The notes: generated by a model not told the origin, from the sequence alone. A stretch of DNA of 64,000 nt from an uncultured bacterium (GCA_964442615.1 CAYUAG010000001.1:464-64463), one strand, 5' to 3'. Positions 38,196-48,379 are shown, counted from the stretch's first letter. Translations and numbers: made by a program.

Positions 38196-40946
38196 GTGGA
38201 GTTCCTGGCAAAAGTTGTTGAAGAGCTATCATATAAAAATAAAGATTTTAGTAATTATGTGATAGTCACTCCCAATCGCAGAGCAGGATTATTTATTAAA
38301 AAATATATTCAAAACAATGAGAGAATCAATAAACCATGCTGGTTACCTGAGCTTCATTCAATAAAAGATTTTATTGCTGTTATTTCACAATTATATTTAA
38401 TGGATAATCTTTCTTTGGTGTTCAGGCTGTATCCTGTATACAAGGAATGTTTTGAGCATCCGAAAAGTTTTGATAAATTTTATCAATGGGGAAGGGTTGT
38501 TATTTCGGATTTCAATGAAATTGATCTTTATCTAGTTGATCAGAACAAACTGTTTACATCTCTTCGGCAGATTAGCAGCCTGGATAAAGAGTTTGAAAGA
38601 GGTGGTTTGGTGATTAAGAACTTTATCCAGTTTTCTGAAAACCTGGAGCAACTTTATTCTAAGTTTACTGAGGGTTTGCTGGAAGATAAGCAAGCCTATT
38701 ATGGCTTGGCTCTGCGTGAAATAGTTGTAAATTTTAAGCTTTCCTGGTTTGATCAATGGGATAAGGTGGTTTTTGCAGGATTTAATGCTCTTTCCTATGC
38801 AGAGCAGACCTTAATGGAGAAATTAGCAGAACAAGGAAAGGCTGAAATATTTTGGGATATTGATAGATATTTTTTTCTAGATAAAAAACAAGAAGCAGGT
38901 TATTTTTTCAGAAAAAATCCTTTGATTGAAAATAAAAATCAGGTTAAGTGGATAACTGATGATCTCTTGACTGCTCATAAGAATATCGAGATAATCGGCA
39001 CTGCCGGCCGAGTTGCACAAACTAAGGTGGCAGCTAAGTTTTTACAAAATGATATACAATTAAAAAATGAAACAGCTGTAGTACTACCGGATGAGTCGCT
39101 TCTTTTTCCTTTGCTGCATTCTCTTCCTGACAATATAAATCAGATAAATGTCACTATGGGATATCCGCTGAAAAATACCAGTCTTTTTCATCTTTTAAAT
39201 GCGATAATCGATCTTCAAAACAATAAAGAATCTTCTGAAAATGGTTTTAATTTTTTGTATCGGGATGTACGCACCATACTCCTGCATTCTTATGTCTTGA
39301 CTATGGATAGGAAAACTGTTAGTCAGTTTTTACAGGAATGTTTAGAAAAAAACAGAGTATTAGTGCATGAACAAGAATTAAACATTTTTACTGCAAACAT
39401 CAGTTATATTTTTACTCCCATTTCTTCTCTGGATTTATTCATCCGATATTTTAGAAATATATTAGAGAATATAGTCAATACCATGAAAGATAAAGAAGGA
39501 TTTTCGCTTGAAATTGAATATATGTATTATTTTTATACTCAACTTCAAAAGATACAGGATATTATTATTGAGTTCAATATTGAGTTGGGTTTACCTACTT
39601 TTTGGAATCTTTTTAAAGCTGTTATTGAGGCTGCTTCTGTACCCTTTTTGGGAGAGCCTTTGCAAGGACTTCAGATTATGGGATTACTGGAAACAAGAGC
39701 TCTGGATTTTAAAAATATCTACATTCTTTCTGTAAATGAGGGAATTCTTCCTGCCAGTATAGCCAAAGATAGCTTTTTACCTAATGATGTGAGAAATTAT
39801 TATGGAATGGTTACTCATGAACATGAAGATTCAATTTATGCTTACAATTTTTATCGGCTGCTTAAACGAGCAGAATCAATAAAGATTTTTTATAATACAG
39901 AAAGTGATGAATTTGGCAAAGGAGAAAAGAGCAGGTTTATTGAACAATTACTTCGTGAATACAGTAACAAAAATGTGAATGCAGATATCAAAGAAAAGAT
40001 AATTAATATAAAAGCTGCCTACCAGCTCCCTGATACATTATCTATAGAAAAAAACAGTACTACCATTGAAAAACTGATAAATATGGATTATTCTCCTACC
40101 AGACTGCAAACCTTTGTTGATTGTTCTTTGAAGTTTTATTTAAAATATATTCTTGAAATCGATCAACATAAAGAGGTAATGGAGTCAGCAGATGAAAGAG
40201 TGTTTGGAATCATTATTCATAAGATCCTGGAGAGATTATATCAGCCTTTGACTGGTAAGACATTATCAGAAAAAAATATTGAAATATTAAAAGAACAGTA
40301 TGAAATGGTATGTGAACAAGTATATCAGGAGATCATGGGTAATGTTGATATAAAAAAGGGCAGAAATTTCATTTATTGCTCTATAATAAAATCTCTGATA
40401 GAGAAATATCTGAATAACGAAACCAGTGATAAGAGAGTCATCAGAAGTGAGGCTAATATTACAAGAAATTTGAGGATTGATAATAGGATGGTAAAATTAT
40501 ATGGGAAAATTGACCGTATTGAAAAGAATTCGACTTTCACAGATATTATTGATTTTAAGACCGGAGACACTAAATCTCTTAAGTTTACATTCCAAAATAA
40601 TTATAATTCAGAAAATTTGATTGAATATCTCCGGAAAAATGATCAGATTCTACAGCTTATTTGTTATTACTATCTGGTTGTAGGAACAGAGTATATTAAT
40701 ACAAACACTGAATACAGACTGGGTATTTATAGTTTTAGAAACCAGCACAAGAAAGACAAAATACAGTATTTAAAAAGAGATAGAAACAAAGACTATCATT
40801 TTAAGGGAAGAAGAGAGGTTGGTAAGTGTATTACTGTTTTAAAATATATTTTTACCGAGATCTTTAACACTGAAAAATTTTTTGAGCAGACAGAGGATAA
40901 GTCAAAATGCGAATATTGTCCTTATGTTGAGATTTGTGGACGTTGA
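38196..40946 (+). CDS. PD-(D/E)XK nuclease family protein, AddB-like partner with Fe-S cysteines
   Basis: GTG start abutting the addA-like stop. Nuclease motif GKIDRIE...IIDFKTGD. Cys pattern FVDCSLKFY...CEYCPYVEIC (C-x2-C-x5-C), as in AddB-type Fe-S nucleases. Confidence 0.75.
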   Translation: MEFLAKVVEELSYKNKDFSNYVIVTPNRRAGLFIKKYIQNNERINKPCWLPELHSIKDFIAVISQLYLMDNLSLVFRLYPVYKECFEHPKSFDKFYQWGRVVISDFNEIDLYLVDQNKLFTSLRQISSLDKEFERGGLVIKNFIQFSENLEQLYSKFTEGLLEDKQAYYGLALREIVVNFKLSWFDQWDKVVFAGFNALSYAEQTLMEKLAEQGKAEIFWDIDRYFFLDKKQEAGYFFRKNPLIENKNQVKWITDDLLTAHKNIEIIGTAGRVAQTKVAAKFLQNDIQLKNETAVVLPDESLLFPLLHSLPDNINQINVTMGYPLKNTSLFHLLNAIIDLQNNKESSENGFNFLYRDVRTILLHSYVLTMDRKTVSQFLQECLEKNRVLVHEQELNIFTANISYIFTPISSLDLFIRYFRNILENIVNTMKDKEGFSLEIEYMYYFYTQLQKIQDIIIEFNIELGLPTFWNLFKAVIEAASVPFLGEPLQGLQIMGLLETRALDFKNIYILSVNEGILPASIAKDSFLPNDVRNYYGMVTHEHEDSIYAYNFYRLLKRAESIKIFYNTESDEFGKGEKSRFIEQLLREYSNKNVNADIKEKIINIKAAYQLPDTLSIEKNSTTIEKLINMDYSPTRLQTFVDCSLKFYLKYILEIDQHKEVMESADERVFGIIIHKILERLYQPLTGKTLSEKNIEILKEQYEMVCEQVYQEIMGNVDIKKGRNFIYCSIIKSLIEKYLNNETSDKRVIRSEANITRNLRIDNRMVKLYGKIDRIEKNSTFTDIIDFKTGDTKSLKFTFQNNYNSENLIEYLRKNDQILQLICYYYLVVGTEYINTNTEYRLGIYSFRNQHKKDKIQYLKRDRNKDYHFKGRREVGKCITVLKYIFTEIFNTEKFFEQTEDKSKCEYCPYVEICGR

Positions 40947-41222
40947 TAATCAGGCTGCTTTAACTGGATTTTATGAATATAATTTTTGGAAAGTCAGCAT
41001 TGTTAATAAATCCTGACAGAATTTTAATCCCAATCAAGGATGTAAAATTACACCTGATGGTATTCATTCAGGTTGTAATAAACAATTCCAACCATGTATT
41101 TTGGGATTTATTTGGATTAAGAATGATTTTTTATAAGTAGCTTTTTAACAATTTTATACATTTTTTCAAATAATTGGTTTACATAGTATTGTATGGATTG
41201 TTGTATTTTATTGAATCTAATT

Positions 41223-41259
41223 AAAAAACCCGGTCTCAAAAATTGAGTCCGGGTTTTTT
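41223..41259. terminator. Bidirectional Rho-independent terminator between convergent genes
   Basis: A6-cccggtctcaa-aaa-ttgagtccggg-T6. The stem is 5+5 bp with one central mismatch. Confidence 0.8.
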
Positions 41260-41278
41260 AATGGTATTTAATAATTTT

Positions 41279-42781
41279 TTAAAGATTTATTTGAGCGCCT
41301 GCTGTAATTACAAAGGCATTAAATTTATAGCTTCCAGCGTAATTATCAGCTATTCCTGTAGCAAAATCAAATTCATATGAATCGACTTCTTTATCGGAAA
41401 AAATTACATATTCACCTGCAAGATTAAAATTTATTTTCCCCAGATTCAGTCCGAATCCACCAGTAATGACGTGACGGCGATTGGGATCAGGAATGGTTGG
41501 GGACATGGTTTCATCTGGAACAGGCGAGCCAACTGTATAGTAACCAGCGCGCAGGGCGAATTTGGGAGAAAGCACATATTCAACTCCTCCACCTATCTCT
41601 ATAGTATTTTTCCAGTCTTGTTCCAATTCAAGATTGTCACTGCCCTCAACTTCAACCTCAATCACATCCCAGGTTGCCCATTGGGTCCAGGAGAAATCTG
41701 CCACAAAAGTCAGCTGGTCTGTTGCTTTATAAGCAAAACCAGCTCCGGCAGTAATGGGCAGAGGAAGATCAGCTGTAACATCAGAGGTTGTTGGGATATT
41801 CATACCGCTGAAAAGAGCGAGTAAACCTTGTTTTGTAGCAGTTCCTGTAGGATCTTGTTCGCTGGCATAGGCAGCATCTGGTACAGCATTGAGAGTTGCA
41901 TATTTAGCAGCATCACCGTGCATAATAATTATCTGTTTATTATCACCAGAGAGTTTTAAATCGGAATTGTAACGAAGTGATATTCCAATAGAGAGTTTGT
42001 CATCGGCCTGATAATGGATTCCTACATTAGCTCCGTATGCTGAGCCTGATCCAGACAGGTTATTTTCTAAAACAAGTCTGTACTGATCAAGAGTGAGCGC
42101 TGGTAAAGTTATTCCACTTTGTGCAAAAGCTGCTGTTAAGTATGCCCAACTTGCAGCCGCAGGATTAAAGGTCAGTTTAACCATATCCAGATCCATTTTA
42201 CCCCAGATGTAGCTCAGTCCTAAACCAATAGAGAGTTTGTCTGATATTTTATATGCAATAGTTGGCTGAATATTGATTACCTGATGATCACTAAAACTTT
42301 CTTTATCCTTAGAAATGCCAGTTGTATTACCATAAGAAGCAGGTAAATTAATTAAGTCCCACTCGGATCCGAGGCCGAAGGGTGCGTAAATACCCAGTCC
42401 AAAGGTTAATTTTTCAGATGATTTGTAAAGTATACCCAAAGATGGTACAAAGAAGTTTTGAGCAGTGGCGTCAACTTGGTTTAAATCCATTCCGGAAAAG
42501 GGAAATGCTGTAAGGAAATAATCATTAGCAGTATATGAACCACGAGGCATTATTAAACCATTTGATATTCCAATAGTCCATTTTCCATTCAATTGAGTCA
42601 ATCCTGCTGGATTAAAAAAGAGTGCACTCCAGTCATCTGCTAAACCCCGAAAACAGCTACCCATGGCTGTGGAACGTGCACCAACGGTTCCTATTTGAGT
42701 ACCATTACTAGCAGAAACCGGATTGTTAAGGATGAGAATTAACACAAAAAATAAAACGACTGAAATAGTTTTTTTAACCAT
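41279..42781 (-). CDS. Outer-membrane transport protein of the OMPP1/FadL/TodX family (a PorV-like role cannot be excluded)
   Basis: Signal peptide, then GARSTAMGSCFRGLADDWSALFFNPAGL (FadL-family N-terminal hatch motif) and a beta-barrel pattern to the C-terminus. Confidence 0.75.
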   Translation of the reverse strand: MVKKTISVVLFFVLILILNNPVSASNGTQIGTVGARSTAMGSCFRGLADDWSALFFNPAGLTQLNGKWTIGISNGLIMPRGSYTANDYFLTAFPFSGMDLNQVDATAQNFFVPSLGILYKSSEKLTFGLGIYAPFGLGSEWDLINLPASYGNTTGISKDKESFSDHQVINIQPTIAYKISDKLSIGLGLSYIWGKMDLDMVKLTFNPAAASWAYLTAAFAQSGITLPALTLDQYRLVLENNLSGSGSAYGANVGIHYQADDKLSIGISLRYNSDLKLSGDNKQIIIMHGDAAKYATLNAVPDAAYASEQDPTGTATKQGLLALFSGMNIPTTSDVTADLPLPITAGAGFAYKATDQLTFVADFSWTQWATWDVIEVEVEGSDNLELEQDWKNTIEIGGGVEYVLSPKFALRAGYYTVGSPVPDETMSPTIPDPNRRHVITGGFGLNLGKINFNLAGEYVIFSDKEVDSYEFDFATGIADNYAGSYKFNAFVITAGAQINL

Positions 42782-42889
42782 ATTTCCTCCTCATTTAGTT
42801 TGGAATAATTATTAATTGTTTAATGAAATAATTCATTTTATAAAATAATTAATATTCCTTATGTTGAAACTTGAAATTATAATGTGGTT

Positions 42890-42918
42890 AATATAATATA
42901 AATTATTCAATTTGTCAA
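42890..42918 (-). promoter_or_regulatory. Sigma-70-type promoter (TTGACA-N17-TATATT) for the FadL-like gene
   Basis: The minus strand reads TTGACAaattgaataatttatatTATATT. Confidence 0.55.
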
Positions 42919-43010
42919 CAATTTATTAATTAATTCTTCTGAATGATTCTCTTTTTTATTAATAATTACTATTAGTATTAAAGGGATTAGTGAAATTTTT
43001 TAAAAATACT

Positions 43011-43039
43011 TGACAAGGGGGAGGAAATTTTGTATATTT
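43011..43039 (+). promoter_or_regulatory. Sigma-70-type promoter (TTGACA-N17-TATATT)
   Basis: TTGACA at 43011..43016, a 17-nt spacer and TATATT at 43034..43039. It is divergent from the FadL-like promoter. Confidence 0.65.
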
Positions 43040-43091
43040 ACTTTGAAATTAAAAGTACTTTTTATTATTAATAACTTTGAAGGAGAGTATA

Positions 43092-43694
43092 ATGACTAAC
43101 AATCAAATTCAACAAGAACTTTCAATTATCAAAACAATGATTAAAAAAACAAGAAAGGAAACTGCTGAATCCGGTCACTTCCTAATTTCAATAGGAATAT
43201 CTTCAATGCTCGCTGTTTTTATCATCAATCGGCTGGAAATATTTGGCTTAAATATTTTGGTCATTCCAGTGTTAATTTTATTGTTAATGGCAAACGGTAT
43301 TATTGGATATATAACTGTGGGAAAGAAAACAAAAAGGGAAAAGGTGAAATCATATCCCAAAACTATCTGCTACAACATATGGTTTGCCTGTGTTATACCT
43401 ACAGTGATGATCGTTTTTCTTTTTCCTCTTTTAAAATTTTATCCATGGCATTTAACGCCTGTTTTTGTATCAATGATAATGGGTATTGCGGTTTTCTCAA
43501 CCGGTATTATTTTTGAATCGAAATTTATTATCTGGAGCAGTATCATTTGGTGGGTAGGGGCTGTAGTTATGAGCTTTGTAAAAGATACACCTCGTATGTG
43601 GATAATGATTACCATTATATTTATTGGTTGGGTCATTCCAGGATTGATACTGAACAAACAATACAAGCAGAGGAGTAGAACAAATGGATCATGA
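43092..43694 (+). CDS. Integral membrane protein (about 200 aa), uncharacterised
   Basis: Start placed at the ATG after GAAGGAGAG. There are about 6 TM helices after a short cytoplasmic N-terminus. Confidence 0.55.
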   Translation: MTNNQIQQELSIIKTMIKKTRKETAESGHFLISIGISSMLAVFIINRLEIFGLNILVIPVLILLLMANGIIGYITVGKKTKREKVKSYPKTICYNIWFACVIPTVMIVFLFPLLKFYPWHLTPVFVSMIMGIAVFSTGIIFESKFIIWSSIIWWVGAVVMSFVKDTPRMWIMITIIFIGWVIPGLILNKQYKQRSRTNGS

Positions 43695-43995
43695 AAAAAT
43701 TTTGAAGTTGGATCCCATTATCCATTCTCCCACTAGATTGGCCATCCTTTCGGTTTTAATTTCAGTTGAGAATGCTAATTTTACCTTTTTAAAAGAATCT
43801 ATTAAAACTACAGATGGTAATTTAAGTACCCATTTATCCAAGTTGGAAGAGTCTGGTTATATCACTATTAAAAAAATGTTCAAAGGTAAAAAACCCCAAA
43901 CCACTTGTACCATTACCCTTAAAGGTAGAGAGGCATTTGAAAACTATTTGGATCAATTAGAGATGATTGTACAGATGCAAAGAAAAATTAAATAA
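43684..43995 (+). CDS. Winged-helix transcriptional regulator (HTH_34-like)
   Basis: LDPIIHSPTRLAILSVL...FTFLKESIKTTDGNLSTHLSKLEESGYITIKK...KPQTTCTITLKGREAFENY matches the HTH_34 winged-helix pattern. It overlaps the upstream membrane-protein gene by 11 nt. Confidence 0.7.
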   Translation: MDHEKILKLDPIIHSPTRLAILSVLISVENANFTFLKESIKTTDGNLSTHLSKLEESGYITIKKMFKGKKPQTTCTITLKGREAFENYLDQLEMIVQMQRKIK

Positions 43996-44238
43996 AAAGC
44001 TTAATTTAAATGTAAAAATTCATCTCAAACTTATTTAAATTTTAAAGATGAAATCATGCATGAAACAAAAATTATAGAAGAAAACTCATTATGAAATGAT
44101 ACTCTCTTTTCGTCTGCTACTTTTTTTAACAAACTATAGATTCTCTTTTCAACCATGGATTTGATTGATCAAAAAAGTGTTTTTAAAAACTTCACTACTA
44201 AGTAAACTGTGAGAAGTCAAATTAATTGGGAGGCCTAT

Positions 44239-45153
44239 ATGAAAGTTAAATCAATAATTAAATTTGGAATAAAGATTGTTTTTTTGACCTTAGTAATGTT
44301 TATTCTTTTTTTTGTTGGAACAATACTTTTTGGTTTTCAAGCAGATTCATCACAAATAACACCGAACGAAACAGGGGCTGCTCATGAACAAGTAATGGCA
44401 GCTTTTTCATTATTGTTAGTGTGTTTGATTGATGTTATAATTTTATTATATCTAATAATGCGCTCGCGTTTTACTGGAATAGGTCTCATACTAGTAGTTA
44501 CTGTTATTTATTATGGTGTTAAGACATTATTATCACAAATAGAATCTTGGTACTTTTTGACAAATATTACAGCAGAAATGCTTCTGAACTTGTTTTTGAT
44601 AACTGTTCCTACAGCTCTTCTTTTCCCACCAATAGCTGTGTTTATATTGGGTAAATTTAAGAAAGGCACATTTTCTAAAGAGGATCAAAACACACAATTG
44701 GCTATGCCGGTCCGAAAATGGATCTGGAAAATAGCATTTCTGGTAATTTTAGTTTATCCTCTACTTTATTTTGTGTTCGGGTATTTTATTGCCTGGAAGA
44801 ATCCTGAAGTGTGTGCTTTCTATGGTGGAACCGATCCTGGTAATTTTTTTGCTCATCTATCAAATTTATTTAGTGAGCATAATTGGATTTATATCTTCCA
44901 AGTATTTCGTGGTTTATTATGGGTAGGTATAGCGATATTAGTAATTAAATCCATGAAAGGTCGCACATGGGAAATTGGTTTATTTATTGCATTGTTATTT
45001 TCATTATTGATGAACAATGTTCATTTACTCCCAAATCCTTTGATGCCATCTTCAGTTCGATTAATCCATTTTATTGAAACAGCCTCTTCCAATTTTATCT
45101 GGGGTTGGTTAATTGTCGGATTATTGATTTGGCATCCTAAGCGAAAAATTTAA
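44239..45153 (+). CDS. Integral membrane protein (about 300 aa), uncharacterised
   Basis: Start placed at the ATG after GGGAGGcctat. It is a multi-TM protein. No family recognised. Confidence 0.5.
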   Translation: MKVKSIIKFGIKIVFLTLVMFILFFVGTILFGFQADSSQITPNETGAAHEQVMAAFSLLLVCLIDVIILLYLIMRSRFTGIGLILVVTVIYYGVKTLLSQIESWYFLTNITAEMLLNLFLITVPTALLFPPIAVFILGKFKKGTFSKEDQNTQLAMPVRKWIWKIAFLVILVYPLLYFVFGYFIAWKNPEVCAFYGGTDPGNFFAHLSNLFSEHNWIYIFQVFRGLLWVGIAILVIKSMKGRTWEIGLFIALLFSLLMNNVHLLPNPLMPSSVRLIHFIETASSNFIWGWLIVGLLIWHPKRKI

Positions 45154-45357
45154 ATAATTAAAAGTTACAAATAGGCAAAAACATATAGTATTAATATTTT
45201 ACTCTCTATAATAATTACTATTCTCTAAATTTAAAAGAAAGCAATCTTATCATTTTTAAACGAAAAATATTTATTTTCAGTAAATCAAATAATTAAAATT
45301 GTTAGCATGATCTTTATTGAGTAGTTACAATAATTATTCAATAAAGATTTTTTTTAC

Positions 45358-45386
45358 TTGACACGGTAAAAAAAAAATATTAAGTT
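45358..45386 (+). promoter_or_regulatory. Sigma-70-type promoter candidate (TTGACA-N17-TAAGTT) of the dtxR-feoAB operon
   Basis: TTGACA at 45358..45363, a 17-nt spacer and TAAGTT at 45381..45386. Confidence 0.45.
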
Positions 45387-45417
45387 AGTTTACATAAACT
45401 TTGTTAATATAAACTAA
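45385..45417. promoter_or_regulatory. Candidate metalloregulator operator (15-bp imperfect inverted repeat)
   Basis: TTAGTTTACATAAAC-ttt-GTTAATATAAACTAA, with 13 of 15 complementary positions. It overlaps the -10 element and the transcription start region, directly upstream of the DtxR-family gene. Confidence 0.5.
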
Positions 45418-45429
45418 CTAAGGTATAAA

Positions 45430-45819
45430 ATGGATATTAATTTATCACAAAATATGGAAGATTATCTTGAAACTATTTATTTGATTCAACAGGATAAAGG
45501 AAGTGTTCGAGTAAAAGATATTGCTGAGAAAATGAAGTATTCCATGCCCAGTGTATCAAGTGCGGTAAAAAATCTTCATAATAAGGGATTAGTAAATCAT
45601 TATCGCTATAACTTTGTTGAATTAACTCTATCAGGGATTCAAGTAGCTGAAAAAGTATTTGAACGACATTCTGTTTTAAAGAGTTTTTTATCAGAAGTTT
45701 TAGGAATTGAACCAGAGATTGCAGAAAAAGATGCCTGCTTAATGGAACATGTAATTAGTCAGACCACTTTTAAAGAGCTAAAAAAATTTATGAGTTTAAA
45801 GGAGAATAGAGTTGATTAA
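45430..45819 (+). CDS. DtxR/MntR-family metal-dependent transcriptional regulator
   Basis: MEDYLETIYLIQQDKGSVRVKDIAEKMKYSMPSVSSAVKNLHNKGLV is the DtxR-type HTH. The dimerisation region has ...CLMEHVIS. Confidence 0.85.
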   Translation: MDINLSQNMEDYLETIYLIQQDKGSVRVKDIAEKMKYSMPSVSSAVKNLHNKGLVNHYRYNFVELTLSGIQVAEKVFERHSVLKSFLSEVLGIEPEIAEKDACLMEHVISQTTFKELKKFMSLKENRVD

Positions 45820-46066
45820 AAACTATACTAATACTCTGGATAAGGTACAGATAAATCAAATTGTGATTGTCGAAAGTATACATGGTGGTTATGGTGTACG
45901 CAACAGACTGAATACAATGGGTATTCACAGAGGAGACAAACTAACTGTGAAAAGGAGTGGAATTATGAAAGGACCAATTTTGATAAATGTTCATGGAATG
46001 GATGTAGCTATAGGACGGGGTATGGCAAGGAAGGTTGTTGTTTCTTTTCAGGGTGAGAATAAATAA
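45812..46066 (+). CDS. feoA: FeoA family protein
   Basis: 84 aa with an SH3-like FeoA pattern (LDKVQINQIVIVESIHGG...RLNTMGIHRGDKLTV), located between the DtxR-like gene and feoB. Confidence 0.8.
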   Translation: MIKNYTNTLDKVQINQIVIVESIHGGYGVRNRLNTMGIHRGDKLTVKRSGIMKGPILINVHGMDVAIGRGMARKVVVSFQGENK

Positions 46067-46072
46067 TAATTT

Positions 46073-46206
46073 TCAGCTTAATGAGTGATTGTTAGAGGAA
46101 AGTTGTCAAGAAATCAAAAATCAGATGATAGAAGATAGTTTTGGATTGAATGGAGGGGAGCTCACTACTAACATCTATCCTCTAACTTTTAATACTAAAA
46201 GCTGAA
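46073..46206 (+). repeat. Long imperfect hairpin in the feoA-feoB intercistronic gap
   Basis: ttcagctt...gttagagga (46073..46099) pairs with tcctctaac...aagctgaa (46179..46206). There are perfect 8-bp and 9-bp blocks. The interior contains the stuttered word gatagaagatag. Confidence 0.6.
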
Positions 46207-46227
46207 TTAGAGTAGAGAGAAAAATAT

Positions 46228-48195
46228 ATGACACTAGAAAGAAAAAGAGTAAATAACATTTCAAAATCTAATAATATAACTATAGTTTTAGTTGGACAAC
46301 CTAATTGTGGAAAAAGTACAATTTTTAATGAAGTGGCAGGATATAAATCTATTGCTTCAAATTTCCCTGGTGCTACAGTTGAATATACTTATACGCGGGT
46401 ACGGATAGAATCCTGTGTTTGTAATATTGTAGATCTTCCTGGTATTTATTCTCTTACCTCAAATGATGATATGTCAAAAGATACTCAGAAATATCTACTT
46501 AATGAACCAATTGATGTAATGATAAATGTATTGGATAGTTCCCTTTTATCTAGGAGCTTGGAGTTTACACTTCAGCTTATGGAACTGGAAATTCCCATGA
46601 TTCTTTGTTTAAATATGATAGATGAGGCTGAAAGAAAAGGTATTGAAATTGATAAAAGAAAACTTTCGAGTCATTTAGGAATTTCTGTAGTTACAACTAT
46701 TGCTTCAAAGGGTAAGGGAGTATCTGAACTACTTAGCCAAGCATTAGAGACTGCTCATAAAGGCAGACTGCCTTTCCATATAAAAGGGCATAGGGATGTG
46801 GAAAATAGAATTGAGGAAATGATACATATACTGGGTGATACCTTGGACCCGGATAGCAAATTTTCGAAACATCTTGTAGCAACCCGGTTAATGGAGAGAA
46901 ATGAGTATTTTGAACAAAATATTAAAAAGAGATATCCTAAACTCATCAGAAACATTGAGCGCTATAGAAAAGAAATTGAGCAAATACATGGTACAACATC
47001 TGATGAGGTGGTTAATGCAGAAAGGCATAGTCTTTCAATGTCTATTTATGAAAAAGTGACTCGATTGAAAAAGGCACATATTGACTGGCGGGATAGAATA
47101 GATGAAGTGTTGATGCATAATTTTTGGGGATATTTTTTTTTGATTGCAATACTTTTAATTTTTTTTAATATCGTTTTTAAATTTGGGGCTGTGCTTGAGG
47201 CACCTTTAGTTGCTTTTTTTGATAAGATTGCATCCTGGACTTATAACTATTCTGGTGCTGGTTCTTTATTTTCAGTAATTATAAAAGGAGCAGTTCAAGG
47301 TATTGGAGGTGGAATAGGGATAGTTTTACCGTATTTATTCCCTTTTTTAATTGGTCTTGCCTTTTTAGAGGATATTGGCTATCTTCCCAGAGTAGCTTTT
47401 TTGATGGATGGTTTTATGCATAGGATAGGACTGCATGGGAAATCAGTGATTCCTGCAATTTTAGGATATGGATGTAATGTTCCTGCAGTTATGGCTTCCA
47501 GGATTATTGAATCACCCAGAGATAGATTTATCACTGCCATGATATCAACAATGGTACCTTGTGCAGCCCGTATGACCATAATCATGGGAATAGCAGGGTA
47601 TTATCTTGGCGGTACCTATGTATTAATTATATATTTATTGAATATGATTATTATAGGAATTAGTGGTGCGGTTATGAAACGTTTACTTCCTGAAATCACT
47701 CCGGGATTAATGCTTGAGATACCAGTTTACAAAGTACCACGTCTTAAAGTTCTTTTAATGAAGACTTGGCTTCGCTTAAAAGATTTTATTGTGATAGCCT
47801 GGCCTCTACTTATAGCAGGAAGTGCAGTTTTAGCTTTAATAGAATATTTTAATTTTTCAGGGATATTAAACAATGTTTTATCTCCTTTAACTGGTTTATT
47901 AGGACTTCCTTCAAAAGTTGGAGTTACATTGATTTTTGGTGTTCTCAGAAAGGAGCTCTCAATGTTAATGCTTGTACAGGCCTTTGGTACCAGTGAATTA
48001 AGTAGTGTGATGAGTGCTGGTCAGATGTTTGTATTTACAATATTTGTAGTTTTTTATATTCCCTGTGTGGCAACCATTGGGGCTCTCTGGAAGCAGGTTC
48101 GAGCAAAAAAGACTTTAGTAATAATTGTTTTAACAATAGTTATAGCTCTTATTTTAGGAATTTTGGCAAGAGGAGTGTCATATATTCTTTGGTAA
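46228..48195 (+). CDS. feoB: Ferrous iron transporter FeoB
   Basis: N-terminal G-domain (GQPNCGKST, DLPG, NMID) followed by the polytopic FeoB membrane domain. Confidence 0.95.
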   Translation: MTLERKRVNNISKSNNITIVLVGQPNCGKSTIFNEVAGYKSIASNFPGATVEYTYTRVRIESCVCNIVDLPGIYSLTSNDDMSKDTQKYLLNEPIDVMINVLDSSLLSRSLEFTLQLMELEIPMILCLNMIDEAERKGIEIDKRKLSSHLGISVVTTIASKGKGVSELLSQALETAHKGRLPFHIKGHRDVENRIEEMIHILGDTLDPDSKFSKHLVATRLMERNEYFEQNIKKRYPKLIRNIERYRKEIEQIHGTTSDEVVNAERHSLSMSIYEKVTRLKKAHIDWRDRIDEVLMHNFWGYFFLIAILLIFFNIVFKFGAVLEAPLVAFFDKIASWTYNYSGAGSLFSVIIKGAVQGIGGGIGIVLPYLFPFLIGLAFLEDIGYLPRVAFLMDGFMHRIGLHGKSVIPAILGYGCNVPAVMASRIIESPRDRFITAMISTMVPCAARMTIIMGIAGYYLGGTYVLIIYLLNMIIIGISGAVMKRLLPEITPGLMLEIPVYKVPRLKVLLMKTWLRLKDFIVIAWPLLIAGSAVLALIEYFNFSGILNNVLSPLTGLLGLPSKVGVTLIFGVLRKELSMLMLVQAFGTSELSSVMSAGQMFVFTIFVVFYIPCVATIGALWKQVRAKKTLVIIVLTIVIALILGILARGVSYILW

Positions 48196-48379
48196 AAAAT
48201 AGTTATTACATCATTTACATACTCTTCATTAACCTTGTGGTTTAGATTATAAAATATATTGATAAAAACATATAAGAATCCTTAGAGAATGAAGAAATTA
48301 GTAACAATTAATATGGTATTTGAGACTCAATCACATTATGTCATTTTTTACACTACGGAATGAAATTCTGGGGGATAAC

